Part shown: positions 30,000 through 39,468 of the stretch, one piece after another | Numbering within the stretch: the first letter of the stretch is position 1 | Layout: every line of letters starts with the position of its first letter | DNA from: Escherichia coli | GTDB lineage: Bacteria > Pseudomonadota > Gammaproteobacteria > Enterobacterales > Enterobacteriaceae | Assembly: GCA_002099625.1 (NCBI GenBank) | Contig: GCA_002099625.1_4857.1 | Reading direction: 5' to 3' (one strand) | Length of the DNA: 64,000 nucleotides | Translations under genes and position numbers: made by a program | The notes under the pieces: model-generated | Database searches by the model: none | Told to the model about the DNA's origin: nothing | What the model saw: only the letters and a program-made list of their open reading frames with translations

Positions 30000-30074
30000 C
30001 GGACTGCCTACGGGCGGGTAGTCCGTAGGTAAACCGCCCTTCCGTTATTGGGAGGGCGGTCTCCGTTTTATTAC
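30000..30074 (+). terminator. tandem hairpins followed by T-run (terminator/attenuator, approx coords)
   Basis: Hairpin 1 CGGACTGCCTACGGGCGGGTAGTCCG; hairpin 2 CCGCCCTTCC-GTTATT-GGGAGGGCGG, then TCTCCGTTTTATTA. Confidence 0.5.
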
Positions 30075-30092
30075 AGATTAGGAGTGTTTGCA

Positions 30093-33000
30093 ATGCCGAG
30101 AGAAGATGCGGCGCAGTTTAACGGTACCCTCAGTACCGCTACTTACCCGAACCGTTATTCGACGGTCATTCCCGTCGAAGCACCGTTCTATCGCATCGGG
30201 TTAACGTTAACCGTTACCGATAAAACAACCGGAACCAAACGCAAGTTAATAGAAGGTCTTGATTATTTCTTAGGACATTACTTCCAGGAATTAGCCGAGG
30301 CTGAGAACGATGCAATATACGGCAGCATAATGCTGCTGAACGCCACAGAGGTAGAATACGAGTTGTTGTCGGTTGGTCGACAGTATCGCATCCCTGCTTC
30401 TGAAATCGGCAAGTATCTGGTTAAGACGGATATGAAAGACCCACGCAACTGCGATTGGTCTGAGCTGATGAAATATCCGCCGATTATCTCGCCAATCGAC
30501 CCGCCAAAAGATCTCGAAGAAGCCATCCTTCGCGATGAGATTGTAAAGGCGCTGGAAGATATCCGACTGGGCATTTTAGAACGTGCCCACGAACTGGATG
30601 AGGCTTTTGCCGAAGTTACCGATTTGATTTATCAGAACGGTAAAAAGGTGTTTGATGACGAAATGTATCAACACCATCTGATTAAAAATGCACATGGTTA
30701 CACCTGTGGCGATATCGGTGCACTCCCTGTGCTCGGTAAGGCCGTGGATGCGACTAAGGCGTTTGGACGTACACTGGCAGAGTTAGTGACGCTAATGTCT
30801 ACCAGCGGTATCCAACAGAAACATGTTGACATGCTTCTGGATAATACCCTGGGTGATTTACTGGGCCGTATGCGTGTTCTGAATAACGACGCGATTACGT
30901 TCCAAACAACGTCTGGCCACGTTATCAGCATGAAGGGTGAGAAGTTCATCATCACCTCGACAAAACCGCTGGTATTAAAAGCTGACCAGGATAACAACGA
31001 ACCGGGTATCGCTACGGAGTTCAGTGCTGGTCTGAACACGCTTTGGGTTCACTCGGGTAAAGCAGGTGACAAGTGGGGCGCTTATGATGCAGGTGTGCTT
31101 GCTCCTGTGTATAACAGCGTCTATCTCGTTACACCGGATATGGTTAAGATGTACTTGACCTCGGTGAAGATACTTCCAGCAAACGCCTACTTCAAGTCCA
31201 GCGACACGTTGAAGATTTACGGCTCTGGTAAAGAAACAAACAAAGTTTACATGAATGCGGAACTGCCTGCAGCAACCACAACTGTGCAGGGCTTGTTTGC
31301 GATTACTAACCTTTCGGCGTCCGCTGCAGCGTCCACAGCGATTTCCCAAAAAGCTGTTACTGACTTGAAGAACAAACTAGACGGATATGTGGACGACACG
31401 TATACGGTCAATGGTAAAGGGTTTGTGTTAGACGAAAACGGTCAAATGCATTTAACATTAACCGCGTCGGATTTCGGTATTGAGAAGATGAACAATACCG
31501 GACCGCTGGAGAAACCGGTTACTAATGCGTTGCGCACCGTGCTATCAGGCAAGGCACTCTCAACACACACCCACACCATTGCTGATCTCGATAACGTGCC
31601 GTACGCATCCACGTCTGTTACAGGTTTGGCTAAACTGTGGGATGCTATTGACACCACAACAGATAAGATGGTTACTGCCCGCCAGGGTTTCTTGCTCGAA
31701 CAGAAAATCGGTACACTGAATGACAAGATTGCTACGTTGTTGCCGGCATGGACCGTTGGCGGATCATCGTACGGCAACAATAACTTCTTGCCTATACCTG
31801 TCCAGGGGAACTACGAAGGGTACACCAAAAACCAAACTTGGCAAAAAGGACTGGCGCGTTACGAGGCTGGTAAGGTTTACTCGTTGCGTAATGGTTCCAA
31901 CGGGAACCCGCCAGGTGACTGGGCTATCTATTACGCCTATGCTGATGTGTCGCCAAGCAATACGCTGGAAAATATGCAGCAGACGTCCGTACGTTATCAC
32001 CCCGCTGGAATGTCGGCGTATCCTGGGGTGAATCTGGTTGCTATTCTGATTACCGGTACAGATGCAATGATCTGCTTAGGCAGTGACTATGCGTATTATC
32101 TGGTCATCTTTGACGGCACCATTGACCATGCAAAACATCATCGCGTTGTTAAAGTTTACTTGGGCGATTACCGAAATGGTAACGCGGCCGGTGTGATTAC
32201 AACCACACCATGGGTTGCCGATCCATCAACAAACGATTTGATCGTTTGCAACGATCGGGTTTATCTACTCCGCACTGTCCTTACCTCCGGTGACTATTTC
32301 GTGAGTATGCGTAGCATCGCACTCAACGAACTTAATCTGGGTGGTAGCAACACGTTTGTGGCGGATGTGTTAACAGGTGGGATGTTAACGTCGGGAGATA
32401 ATATCTACTTGCGTCAGGGTCAGAAACGTTCTGATACAGATGTGTTGGTAGCGCCAGTAACACAAATCTACGCAGATGCATCGGCGAAGTGGAATAGTGC
32501 GCGAAATTTCGTCCATGGTCCGGAATGTAATCACGCGATTGCTGTGGATGGGCTGAACTTTCGTGTTGGTTTAACGCCAACAGTCTGGTTTGCTTCTACT
32601 ACAGGGCAAACTATTAACTTTAAACAATGGGTGTCAAGCTTTGTTGTTGATTGCAGTTCAATGACGGTAACGCTGGAAGGTGCCGATCGATTCCCTATCG
32701 TGGCCGATCTTACCACGGTCCGTTATAACGGCGGGGCTGAGATTGGGATTCCGAGCCGGAAGTGGGGCGAAGGTCAAGCTAATAACCGAACCTTTGCAAC
32801 ATCGCAAGACAAGTATATTGTTTCGCAAGGACATGCAGGCGATCGCGACCTAATGCCTTATGTCACGATTACAACGTTAGATGACGGTGTGAGTTGGTAC
32901 GAGTACCTGTCGTGTGACTACAACTTCACTGCCAGAAGTTTTAGTGCGGTAATGTTAAACCAAGGTCGTGGTTCTATCTACGAGCTGGGTATGGCGTATC

Positions 33001-35276
33001 CGCTGACTCTGGGAGCGAATTCCAGACTTATCTGGTTGTCACAACCGCGTTCCCGTTTGGCAATTGAAGTTGAGTTTGATCCGAACACCACTTACTCAGG
33101 TAAGGCGGGGTATGGCCCAACTAACAATCGTCGTGTAGTAGATTCTATCACGTATGAGAATCTGTCGCAGATGTGCCACATTGTTACACCGGCGTCGCCT
33201 GGTACAGAGTTAAACGGCTGGTATTGCACAGGACCAGAAACATTCCCTTACCACAACGTTTCCGGCACTTTCACGATTCATGCCGATCGATTGACGCTGT
33301 CACAAGCTGAATGGGATAAGATGAAGCAGATGATCATCGACGGAGCACCGGCAGGCGCTGCGAATGGTTATGCTTCGGAATTTATCCTTGCTGCAAATAA
33401 CGCAGGAAAGGCATTGTTTTCCGTTTGGTTCATCGGCATCGGAACGGCCACACCGCTCACATTAGCACAAGTAGCATGTACACGTACTGTGAACAATGTT
33501 AACTTGTTAGATATCTACTACTTTACACTGAAACCAACAATCAGCAACGGGCAGGTAACATTCCCCGCAGCGATATTGGCACTGTTTGACTTCTATAACA
33601 ACCTCGACTATGGCTTGAACTATGCTACGTTGGGAGAGATAACGGGAGGAAAAACACGCCGGCCGGGACAACCTACCATGGTGTCGGTAGATGGTACGCA
33701 GTTCGGGTTGTATCTTCCACACACGTTAACCTTGCGCCAGATTGGCGACTTGGGTGCGCTTAACTACGCTGCTGGTCTTACGCTGTCTAATGGTACCTGG
33801 ACGCGTTCTTCTGCACCACACGGCGTTGGACGTATGGCACCGTCACACACTCCAGTCAGCCCAGCTTATCTGGCTCATCGTGATCAGGTGATGCTACACA
33901 ACTCATCTCTCGACTACGTCTATTGTGGTGGTATCGCAATGTCGTCGAGTGATTTTGTTGCACGTCCGAGTTTCGGTGGGGCGACTGAGACTGTTGTTAT
34001 CGCCGGTGTGGAAACAGCCGAAGGTTGGCTGGTATATGTGACTGAGGAAGTTAACCTGCGTTTCGGCTCGAGCACTTATAAGCTGCCTACGTGGTATATT
34101 GACCTCAGCGCAGCGTTTCCAACAAACCATCAGAACCGGACATTCTACCTGCACGCTAAGGTAGAAAATGGTACACCGAAGTACGTAATGGACGTGGTTC
34201 AACATCCAGACACTGAAACGGAACTCTACATCGGGTATGTTAAAACGGGCTCGTCGCGAGTCGTCGAGACTAACGTCGACCATGCTAAGCGATTGGGGGC
34301 GGTAAAACAGCTGTTGGAACACGCGGCGGTTGAGAATAAGCATGATGTGGAAGTGGGAAGGGATGCAGCAACGGGCAGACTGGCACCATTGCGTAAAGAA
34401 GCGATGGGTCCTTTGTCAGTCGATGCTACGAAAGGCTATCTGGATAGTCAGTTGCTTTATACCGTATCTGACGCACAGCGTCGCGGTAAAGCGATGGTGT
34501 CCAAACGTTTCGAAGGCTTGAAAACTTTGCCGGCGTTTACTCAGGCAAACAAGTCGGGGGCGTTTTGGAAACATCCTACAACAATCGCGACGGTAACGGC
34601 CGACGAGAACAGTGAAGCGACATCGTTGGGTATGGAGTGGGTAGGTATTCCAACGCCCGCTTTCGCTCCGACTTCAACAAACTTGATGGTGGTGGTGCAA
34701 AGTAAATTCGTCGTCCCAGGTACACTGGGAGTAGAAACGACCTTTAATGTCCACGTTGCCCCATGGGAGGCGGTGGATGGCTTTTTCTACAACGTCGAGG
34801 CGGAAGGTACGGATGTTAACATTGACGAAAATCCAGAAGTGTTATTGCCGTCACCACATACCGTGCACCACAAACAGCACTCTCTGCCAGCAGGCGTGCC
34901 GTGCACCTTTACATTTGTCGCGGCGGTAAGTTCTTCAGCGCTCGAAACAGCTAACCAGCATATTTGCTCTTGGCTTTTCACGGACGCTGGGGGTCTACCA
35001 ATCACCACCGATCTTTCGGATAGTAAGATTCAAATCTTACCACAGTCGGGAGAGACCAACGGCACACCAGTTGTTCTGAACAGTCGTAGCTACACGTTTA
35101 CGAATGTGACAGGTGCAATCCCGGTTGTTACCACGGGCGCTCAGGGTTTATTCCCACCACCGATCGTGGCGTGGGATGGCGATGATCTTACGTTAACGAT
35201 TGCGCACGATTGGGTGAACGAGAGAGGACGTCAACAGCCTGATATTATCCAGGTCAATCTTATGTTCCGTACCTAA
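30093..35276 (+). CDS. tail fibre protein 3 (1727 aa from Met16 of track ORF 30048..35276)
   Basis: GGAGTG RBS 6 nt before internal ATG; motifs HTHTIADLDNVPYASTSVTGLAKLW and PAATTTVQGLFAIT. Confidence 0.8.
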   Translation: MPREDAAQFNGTLSTATYPNRYSTVIPVEAPFYRIGLTLTVTDKTTGTKRKLIEGLDYFLGHYFQELAEAENDAIYGSIMLLNATEVEYELLSVGRQYRIPASEIGKYLVKTDMKDPRNCDWSELMKYPPIISPIDPPKDLEEAILRDEIVKALEDIRLGILERAHELDEAFAEVTDLIYQNGKKVFDDEMYQHHLIKNAHGYTCGDIGALPVLGKAVDATKAFGRTLAELVTLMSTSGIQQKHVDMLLDNTLGDLLGRMRVLNNDAITFQTTSGHVISMKGEKFIITSTKPLVLKADQDNNEPGIATEFSAGLNTLWVHSGKAGDKWGAYDAGVLAPVYNSVYLVTPDMVKMYLTSVKILPANAYFKSSDTLKIYGSGKETNKVYMNAELPAATTTVQGLFAITNLSASAAASTAISQKAVTDLKNKLDGYVDDTYTVNGKGFVLDENGQMHLTLTASDFGIEKMNNTGPLEKPVTNALRTVLSGKALSTHTHTIADLDNVPYASTSVTGLAKLWDAIDTTTDKMVTARQGFLLEQKIGTLNDKIATLLPAWTVGGSSYGNNNFLPIPVQGNYEGYTKNQTWQKGLARYEAGKVYSLRNGSNGNPPGDWAIYYAYADVSPSNTLENMQQTSVRYHPAGMSAYPGVNLVAILITGTDAMICLGSDYAYYLVIFDGTIDHAKHHRVVKVYLGDYRNGNAAGVITTTPWVADPSTNDLIVCNDRVYLLRTVLTSGDYFVSMRSIALNELNLGGSNTFVADVLTGGMLTSGDNIYLRQGQKRSDTDVLVAPVTQIYADASAKWNSARNFVHGPECNHAIAVDGLNFRVGLTPTVWFASTTGQTINFKQWVSSFVVDCSSMTVTLEGADRFPIVADLTTVRYNGGAEIGIPSRKWGEGQANNRTFATSQDKYIVSQGHAGDRDLMPYVTITTLDDGVSWYEYLSCDYNFTARSFSAVMLNQGRGSIYELGMAYPLTLGANSRLIWLSQPRSRLAIEVEFDPNTTYSGKAGYGPTNNRRVVDSITYENLSQMCHIVTPASPGTELNGWYCTGPETFPYHNVSGTFTIHADRLTLSQAEWDKMKQMIIDGAPAGAANGYASEFILAANNAGKALFSVWFIGIGTATPLTLAQVACTRTVNNVNLLDIYYFTLKPTISNGQVTFPAAILALFDFYNNLDYGLNYATLGEITGGKTRRPGQPTMVSVDGTQFGLYLPHTLTLRQIGDLGALNYAAGLTLSNGTWTRSSAPHGVGRMAPSHTPVSPAYLAHRDQVMLHNSSLDYVYCGGIAMSSSDFVARPSFGGATETVVIAGVETAEGWLVYVTEEVNLRFGSSTYKLPTWYIDLSAAFPTNHQNRTFYLHAKVENGTPKYVMDVVQHPDTETELYIGYVKTGSSRVVETNVDHAKRLGAVKQLLEHAAVENKHDVEVGRDAATGRLAPLRKEAMGPLSVDATKGYLDSQLLYTVSDAQRRGKAMVSKRFEGLKTLPAFTQANKSGAFWKHPTTIATVTADENSEATSLGMEWVGIPTPAFAPTSTNLMVVVQSKFVVPGTLGVETTFNVHVAPWEAVDGFFYNVEAEGTDVNIDENPEVLLPSPHTVHHKQHSLPAGVPCTFTFVAAVSSSALETANQHICSWLFTDAGGLPITTDLSDSKIQILPQSGETNGTPVVLNSRSYTFTNVTGAIPVVTTGAQGLFPPPIVAWDGDDLTLTIAHDWVNERGRQQPDIIQVNLMFRT

Positions 35277-35323
35277 CAGATAGCGCTATGGGGCAAGGAA
35301 GCCCCAATCAAAGGAGTTTGGCA

Positions 35324-36526
35324 ATGGCCGAAATCATTTATCAGTACCCGCTTGACCTTACCGGGACATTAACGTCGAACGCCGTTACGCGGCGTATTAC
35401 GTTAGGTTCTGGTAAAGTTAACCGGGCTTTTGCATTTCCTGACGGAGCTTTCTACGCGGATACCTTCCGCTTGGCGGCTGCGAATAAACCAGGTGTCTAC
35501 CCGTACAAACGCGGCACAGACTACGAACTGATTTTTGCACATACTGCATATCAGAAAATGACCAAGAACCGCGAAGTGGTCATGGGTGTGGTGGTAACTA
35601 ACTCGGCCATTCCTACTGATATCGAAGTCTCTGCGCAAGTCGTTGGTGGTTTTCAGTCCGCGAACGTCGAAGGTATCCGACAAGCGATTGCGTCGTTGAA
35701 AATTGAAGACCGTGTGGTGGACTTCAAGGATCTTCGAAACGTACCTGATACGTTCCCATCCGCCCCGACGTATAAAGACCTTGGCGATATCTACGGTTTT
35801 GAGTATATCATTACCGTACTCGCTGGGATTAAAGATGCGATTAACTCCGGCTCTGCAGTACAGCTGGAAGAAATCAAAGGTATTCTGGACGGTCTGAAAA
35901 ACGACTTCCTCGATGCCTTAAATGCCCACGTCAACGCCGAAGGTAACGTACACAATCTCGACATTCATCAGGTTAATGGCCTGACGGAGACGGAGATTCG
36001 TGCTCTGATTCAAAGTGTACAGACTGCCATTGACGCCACTATCAAAGATATCGGCGACTTAAGAGCAGCAGACACGGCGTTGGGACAACGCATCGATGCA
36101 GTTGTGGCTTCGTTAGCCGCGTGGAACGACCAGCTTAATGTAGTTGCTCAAAATTACCAGAAAATGTCGTTAGCATTAGCTAACCTTAATTCTCTGGTGT
36201 TGCAATTACAGAAGAAGGTTAACGATCTTCAGTCTGCGCTGAATGAAACAAATCAGCGTGTCACGGATCTTGAGAATCAGGGCAAAGACTTCCAACAGCA
36301 AATTGATAACCTGCAAGGACAAATCAACAGTCTTAAAACTCAGGTTGTAAACAACACCAACGCAATTTCGCAGGCAAACCAGAATCTGGCGAACCATGCG
36401 GCTGCGGATAACCCACACCCGAATTACCTCCATAAACAGTATGGCGGTGTTGTGCAGGCTGCTGTTCACGTCAACAACAACCTCACCTCGCGCGACGATG
36501 TTCAAGCTGAAGCGGGTACTAAGTAA
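35324..36526 (+). CDS. tail-fibre-associated coiled-coil protein (400 aa from Met13)
   Basis: AAGGAG RBS 7 nt before internal ATG; N-terminus resembles those of the three large fibre genes (RGTDYELIF...); long Q/N-rich coiled coil. Confidence 0.7.
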   Translation: MAEIIYQYPLDLTGTLTSNAVTRRITLGSGKVNRAFAFPDGAFYADTFRLAAANKPGVYPYKRGTDYELIFAHTAYQKMTKNREVVMGVVVTNSAIPTDIEVSAQVVGGFQSANVEGIRQAIASLKIEDRVVDFKDLRNVPDTFPSAPTYKDLGDIYGFEYIITVLAGIKDAINSGSAVQLEEIKGILDGLKNDFLDALNAHVNAEGNVHNLDIHQVNGLTETEIRALIQSVQTAIDATIKDIGDLRAADTALGQRIDAVVASLAAWNDQLNVVAQNYQKMSLALANLNSLVLQLQKKVNDLQSALNETNQRVTDLENQGKDFQQQIDNLQGQINSLKTQVVNNTNAISQANQNLANHAAADNPHPNYLHKQYGGVVQAAVHVNNNLTSRDDVQAEAGTK

Positions 36527-36539
36527 CTTGTTTACGAGC

Positions 36540-36580
36540 CGGACTATGTTTATGGACATAGTCCGCTCGTTCTACTTTTT
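36540..36580 (+). terminator. rho-independent terminator/attenuator (approx coords)
   Basis: 9-bp stem CGGACTATG/CATAGTCCG, 8-nt loop, then CTACTTTTTAA; lies between fibre operon and first Cys-rich peptide gene. Confidence 0.5.
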
Positions 36581-36591
36581 AAGGAAGCGTA

Positions 36592-36984
36592 ATGGCGATA
36601 TCTATTAAAGACGTCAGAAACCGCGTCCAGATAGTCGAAGCTAACATGGCGACAGGCCCCCGTATCGACGCGCAAGTGGCCTCTAAAGCCCATAATGCGG
36701 CAGACCGATTTGGGGGTTGGACGAAAGCACAGCTAGATTGCGGCGGGACATGTTCTTGGACGTGCTCTAACGGTTGCTCGCATGGCTGTTCGAGCTGTTC
36801 AGGAAGCTGTTCTGCTTCTTGTATCGGTAGCTGTTCTTCGACGTGTGGCGGTAACTGTTCTGGTTGCTCTGGTTGTTCTGGTGGTTGCAGTAGTAGCTGT
36901 ACCGGTAACTGTTCAGGTGGTTGCGGCGGCTCTTGTTCCGCAAACTGCTCCGGGGCCTGCTCCGGCGGCTGTTCAGGTCGCTAA
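36592..36984 (+). CDS. Cys/Ser/Gly-rich precursor-like peptide P1 (130 aa): ~50-aa leader-like N-terminus plus 21-Cys repeat core
   Basis: AAGGAAG RBS; N-terminus MAISIKDVRNRVQIVEAN...; core DCGGTCSWTCSNGCSHGCSSCSGSC... with Cys every 3-4 residues; ends CSANCSGACSGGCSG. Confidence 0.65.
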   Translation: MAISIKDVRNRVQIVEANMATGPRIDAQVASKAHNAADRFGGWTKAQLDCGGTCSWTCSNGCSHGCSSCSGSCSASCIGSCSSTCGGNCSGCSGCSGGCSSSCTGNCSGGCGGSCSANCSGACSGGCSGR

Positions 36985-36994
36985 GGGGGATTAA

Positions 36995-37399
36995 ATGGCA
37001 ATTGGATTAAAAGAACTGAATAACCGATTAAACACGATCGATGCAAACGCTTTAAAGAACACCACGAATGTGCAAAACTACATTCGCAATAAAGCTACGA
37101 ATAACGCCGACTTGTTCGCAGGTCAAGGCCGTTCGCACTATGACTGTGGCGGCACATGCTCTTTTAGTTGCTCGAGTTGTTCTGGCGGGTGTACTGGGTC
37201 CGCTACGGGTGGTTGTGGGTCGACTTGTTCCGCAAACTGTGTATCGGGCTGTAGCAGCAGCTGTACGGGCTGTAGCTCTTCGTGCTCGGGTGGTTGTAGC
37301 GGCACGTGCACAGGCAGCTGTTCTGGGGGTTGTGGTAAATCCTGCTCCGCAAACTGCTCAGGTGCGTGCTCTGGTGGTTGTTCAGGTCCTAACTCCTAA
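36995..37399 (+). CDS. Cys/Ser/Gly-rich precursor-like peptide P2 (134 aa)
   Basis: RBS AAGGGGG; N-terminus MAIGLKELNNRLNTIDAN... paralogous to P1; core about 21 Cys; same C-terminal CSANCSGACSGGCSG block. Confidence 0.65.
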   Translation: MAIGLKELNNRLNTIDANALKNTTNVQNYIRNKATNNADLFAGQGRSHYDCGGTCSFSCSSCSGGCTGSATGGCGSTCSANCVSGCSSSCTGCSSSCSGGCSGTCTGSCSGGCGKSCSANCSGACSGGCSGPNS

Positions 37400-37414
37400 C
37401 TGACGGAGGCTTAT

Positions 37415-37621
37415 GTGATCAGTCTCAAGGCTATTCGAAACCGTCTCGTTACGGCAGAAGGTTACATTACAACCGCACAGGCAAACAACTATATCGCTAA
37501 CCAGGGCACCGTGTCAACCACGAACAACCTGGCTGGTTTACCGCTTTCCCACTATAACTGTAATGGTGGGTGTAGCTGGTCCTGCAGCGGAAGCTGTAGC
37601 CGTGGAGCGGGGAATCGATAA
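37415..37621 (+). CDS. short precursor-like peptide P3 (68 aa, 4 Cys), probable GTG start
   Basis: RBS ACGGAGG; N-terminus (M)ISLKAIRNRLVTAEG shares leader motif with P1/P2; core NCNGGCSWSCSGSCS. Confidence 0.5.
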   Translation: MISLKAIRNRLVTAEGYITTAQANNYIANQGTVSTTNNLAGLPLSHYNCNGGCSWSCSGSCSRGAGNR

Positions 37622-37643
37622 CAGAAAACGTTCGGAGTATTAA

Positions 37644-38531
37644 ATGAAAAACGATTTGCATCTTGCGTATAAAACCACATTCAACCACCCGCTGCATCTA
37701 TCTTCCCCAGACTCGGTGCGTGCACACCTCGCTGACAAAGTCAGACTGATTGCACAGATTCCTGGTGAGTGGCCAAAGGTTCGTGGTCGCTTCTTGACCG
37801 ACAAGAAGAACTACACCGTAGAAAATACGTTTAAGATCCGTGATATGGTTGCAGAGGCCATCGTTATCTTTAACGGCGATGGTAACTCTCGCGGCGTGTT
37901 AGTCGACGGTAAGTATTTCTTCAGTGAAGGGATTTTGAACAACAGCGTCGATTTAGAACTGATGTTTACACCGTTTGACGAACTTGAAGCAAAACCGATG
38001 GCGCGCCGTTGGTGGAGTCCGGACTATCTGGGCTCGTTCCCTTACTACTTTGTACTGGTACCTGCCGATACGGAAACGTATTTCGACACCGAACCATACA
38101 TCGATATCGAGGGGTATAAAGAACTCGGCATCACCCGTTTAGCGGACATGATGGCGTATAGCTATAAGTTCGTGTGGGATAAAAAGCGTTCTGTCTGGTA
38201 TGCGCTGACTGACGATTTTGAAATCACCAAGCGTATTCGTAAGCCGTGGATGCAACACCTGGTTCAAACTCGATATGGGGATTACCCGGCGACAGAAGCG
38301 GATTTGAGTAAGCTGGTAAGTTTCCTCTTAACGAAGGTGGATTTAACGAAAGAAGAAGCAGAAGCTGTTTCTGAGATTCGTGGTCGTTCGGTAACGTTGG
38401 CCGATTTGAAACGTCTGAACGAAAGACACGCCGACCTGAACAAAATTTTAGCTGCCTATCACGACCCGATGTTACTGGTGCCTGGCGCTAACGTAGACGA
38501 AGATCCTTTATTCGCCATTGATTATATTTAA
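37644..38531 (+). CDS. hypothetical protein (295 aa) in peptide/rSAM operon
   Basis: ORF with RBS, between peptide genes and rSAM genes; no motif recognised. Confidence 0.65.
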   Translation: MKNDLHLAYKTTFNHPLHLSSPDSVRAHLADKVRLIAQIPGEWPKVRGRFLTDKKNYTVENTFKIRDMVAEAIVIFNGDGNSRGVLVDGKYFFSEGILNNSVDLELMFTPFDELEAKPMARRWWSPDYLGSFPYYFVLVPADTETYFDTEPYIDIEGYKELGITRLADMMAYSYKFVWDKKRSVWYALTDDFEITKRIRKPWMQHLVQTRYGDYPATEADLSKLVSFLLTKVDLTKEEAEAVSEIRGRSVTLADLKRLNERHADLNKILAAYHDPMLLVPGANVDEDPLFAIDYI

Positions 38532-38553
38532 AAATATACTGGAGCAACCTGCA

Positions 38554-39468
38554 ATGACAGATCAAGTAGAATCCAGGATCTCGTCTGAACTGTACGACAA
38601 ACCGTCAATTCTGTCGGTTGTCGCAACTTCTAAGTGTAACTTAGACTGTAGCTTCTGTGGAGGGGCTTATTACATGGATAGAGAAGATACTTCTCGTGAG
38701 TTTCAACGTGAAGAGATTCTCTCGATTTTAGAGAAGAATCCGGATATCGGTGAGATTCATTGGACGGGCGGTGAGCCGCTGTTAGCGCAGCGTAAGATTG
38801 AAGACTTCGTGAACGAGTTGAAGGAGTCTCATCCGAACCTCCGTCATCACATGTACACCAACGGTTTAAAGATGCGTAAATCACATCTGCCGTTGCTGAA
38901 ACAGTTCGACCTTATCTTTGTGTCCATTGACGGCTACAAGAAGTCGGAACGTCCGTTTATGAACTTTGTAAACGGTGGTAATCACGAAGCGCTGGAAGTG
39001 CTGTACGAGCTGGACAATTATTACACCTGGGGTGTGATGACGCGTGACCAGTTAGGCGATAAACGCTGGTACGAAGATTTCATCGAGCTGCACCGAGCAA
39101 TCTATCATTACCGTCCAGGTGGTGTGTCGTTGTTGTTTGATGCGATGATGCCGAAACCGTTATCGCCAGACCACGTCATGAACTTCATGTACGGGTATTG
39201 GAAAATACTCGACAATATCGAACGCCTTAACATGCAGAACGACTCTGAATGTGGGCTTGCGATCAGTAAAATGTTCGATACCGAGTGCAACACGTGCAGT
39301 GAAGTGCTGTGGCTTAACGCCGACGGTACGCAGGAGCAAATTCAGAACGCCCCAGAGATATTGGAAGTCGGCTGTAATCGCCTGGCGCGTTCTATCGGCG
39401 TTGATGCGTATAACTACATCAACCGTGTAATTTCTGCTAAGCGTAAACGGGCGGCGAACAATGAGTAA
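38554..39468 (+). CDS. radical SAM enzyme 1 (304 aa from Met13)
   Basis: CNLDCSFCGG (C-x3-C-x2-C) near N-terminus; WTGGEPLL glycine-rich SAM motif; additional C-terminal Cys (C-x12-C-x2-C...C) suggesting an auxiliary cluster. Confidence 0.75.
   Translation: MTDQVESRISSELYDKPSILSVVATSKCNLDCSFCGGAYYMDREDTSREFQREEILSILEKNPDIGEIHWTGGEPLLAQRKIEDFVNELKESHPNLRHHMYTNGLKMRKSHLPLLKQFDLIFVSIDGYKKSERPFMNFVNGGNHEALEVLYELDNYYTWGVMTRDQLGDKRWYEDFIELHRAIYHYRPGGVSLLFDAMMPKPLSPDHVMNFMYGYWKILDNIERLNMQNDSECGLAISKMFDTECNTCSEVLWLNADGTQEQIQNAPEILEVGCNRLARSIGVDAYNYINRVISAKRKRAANNE

Noticed and set aside
22141-35276. Many 60-150-aa ORFs inside the giant fibre genes on either strand (e.g. 22300..22509, 26568..26927, 30698..31039, 33903..34343)
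   Set aside because: Fully nested in long, RBS-supported fibre ORFs; expected frame noise.
36740-37400. Possible CRISPR array or non-coding tandem repeat in the Cys-codon-rich region
   Set aside because: Repeats are in-frame coding (Cys-Ser-Gly codons) within RBS-initiated ORFs; no regular repeat-spacer periodicity.
36782-37403. Alternative-frame ORFs 36782..36994 and 37068..37403 (Val/Ala/Arg-rich)
   Set aside because: Frame-shifted readings of the Cys-codon repeat DNA; no RBS; the Cys-rich frames have RBSs and conserved leaders.
37497-37697. Minus-strand ORF 37497..37697
   Set aside because: Antisense to P3 and the start of the 295-aa gene; no signals.
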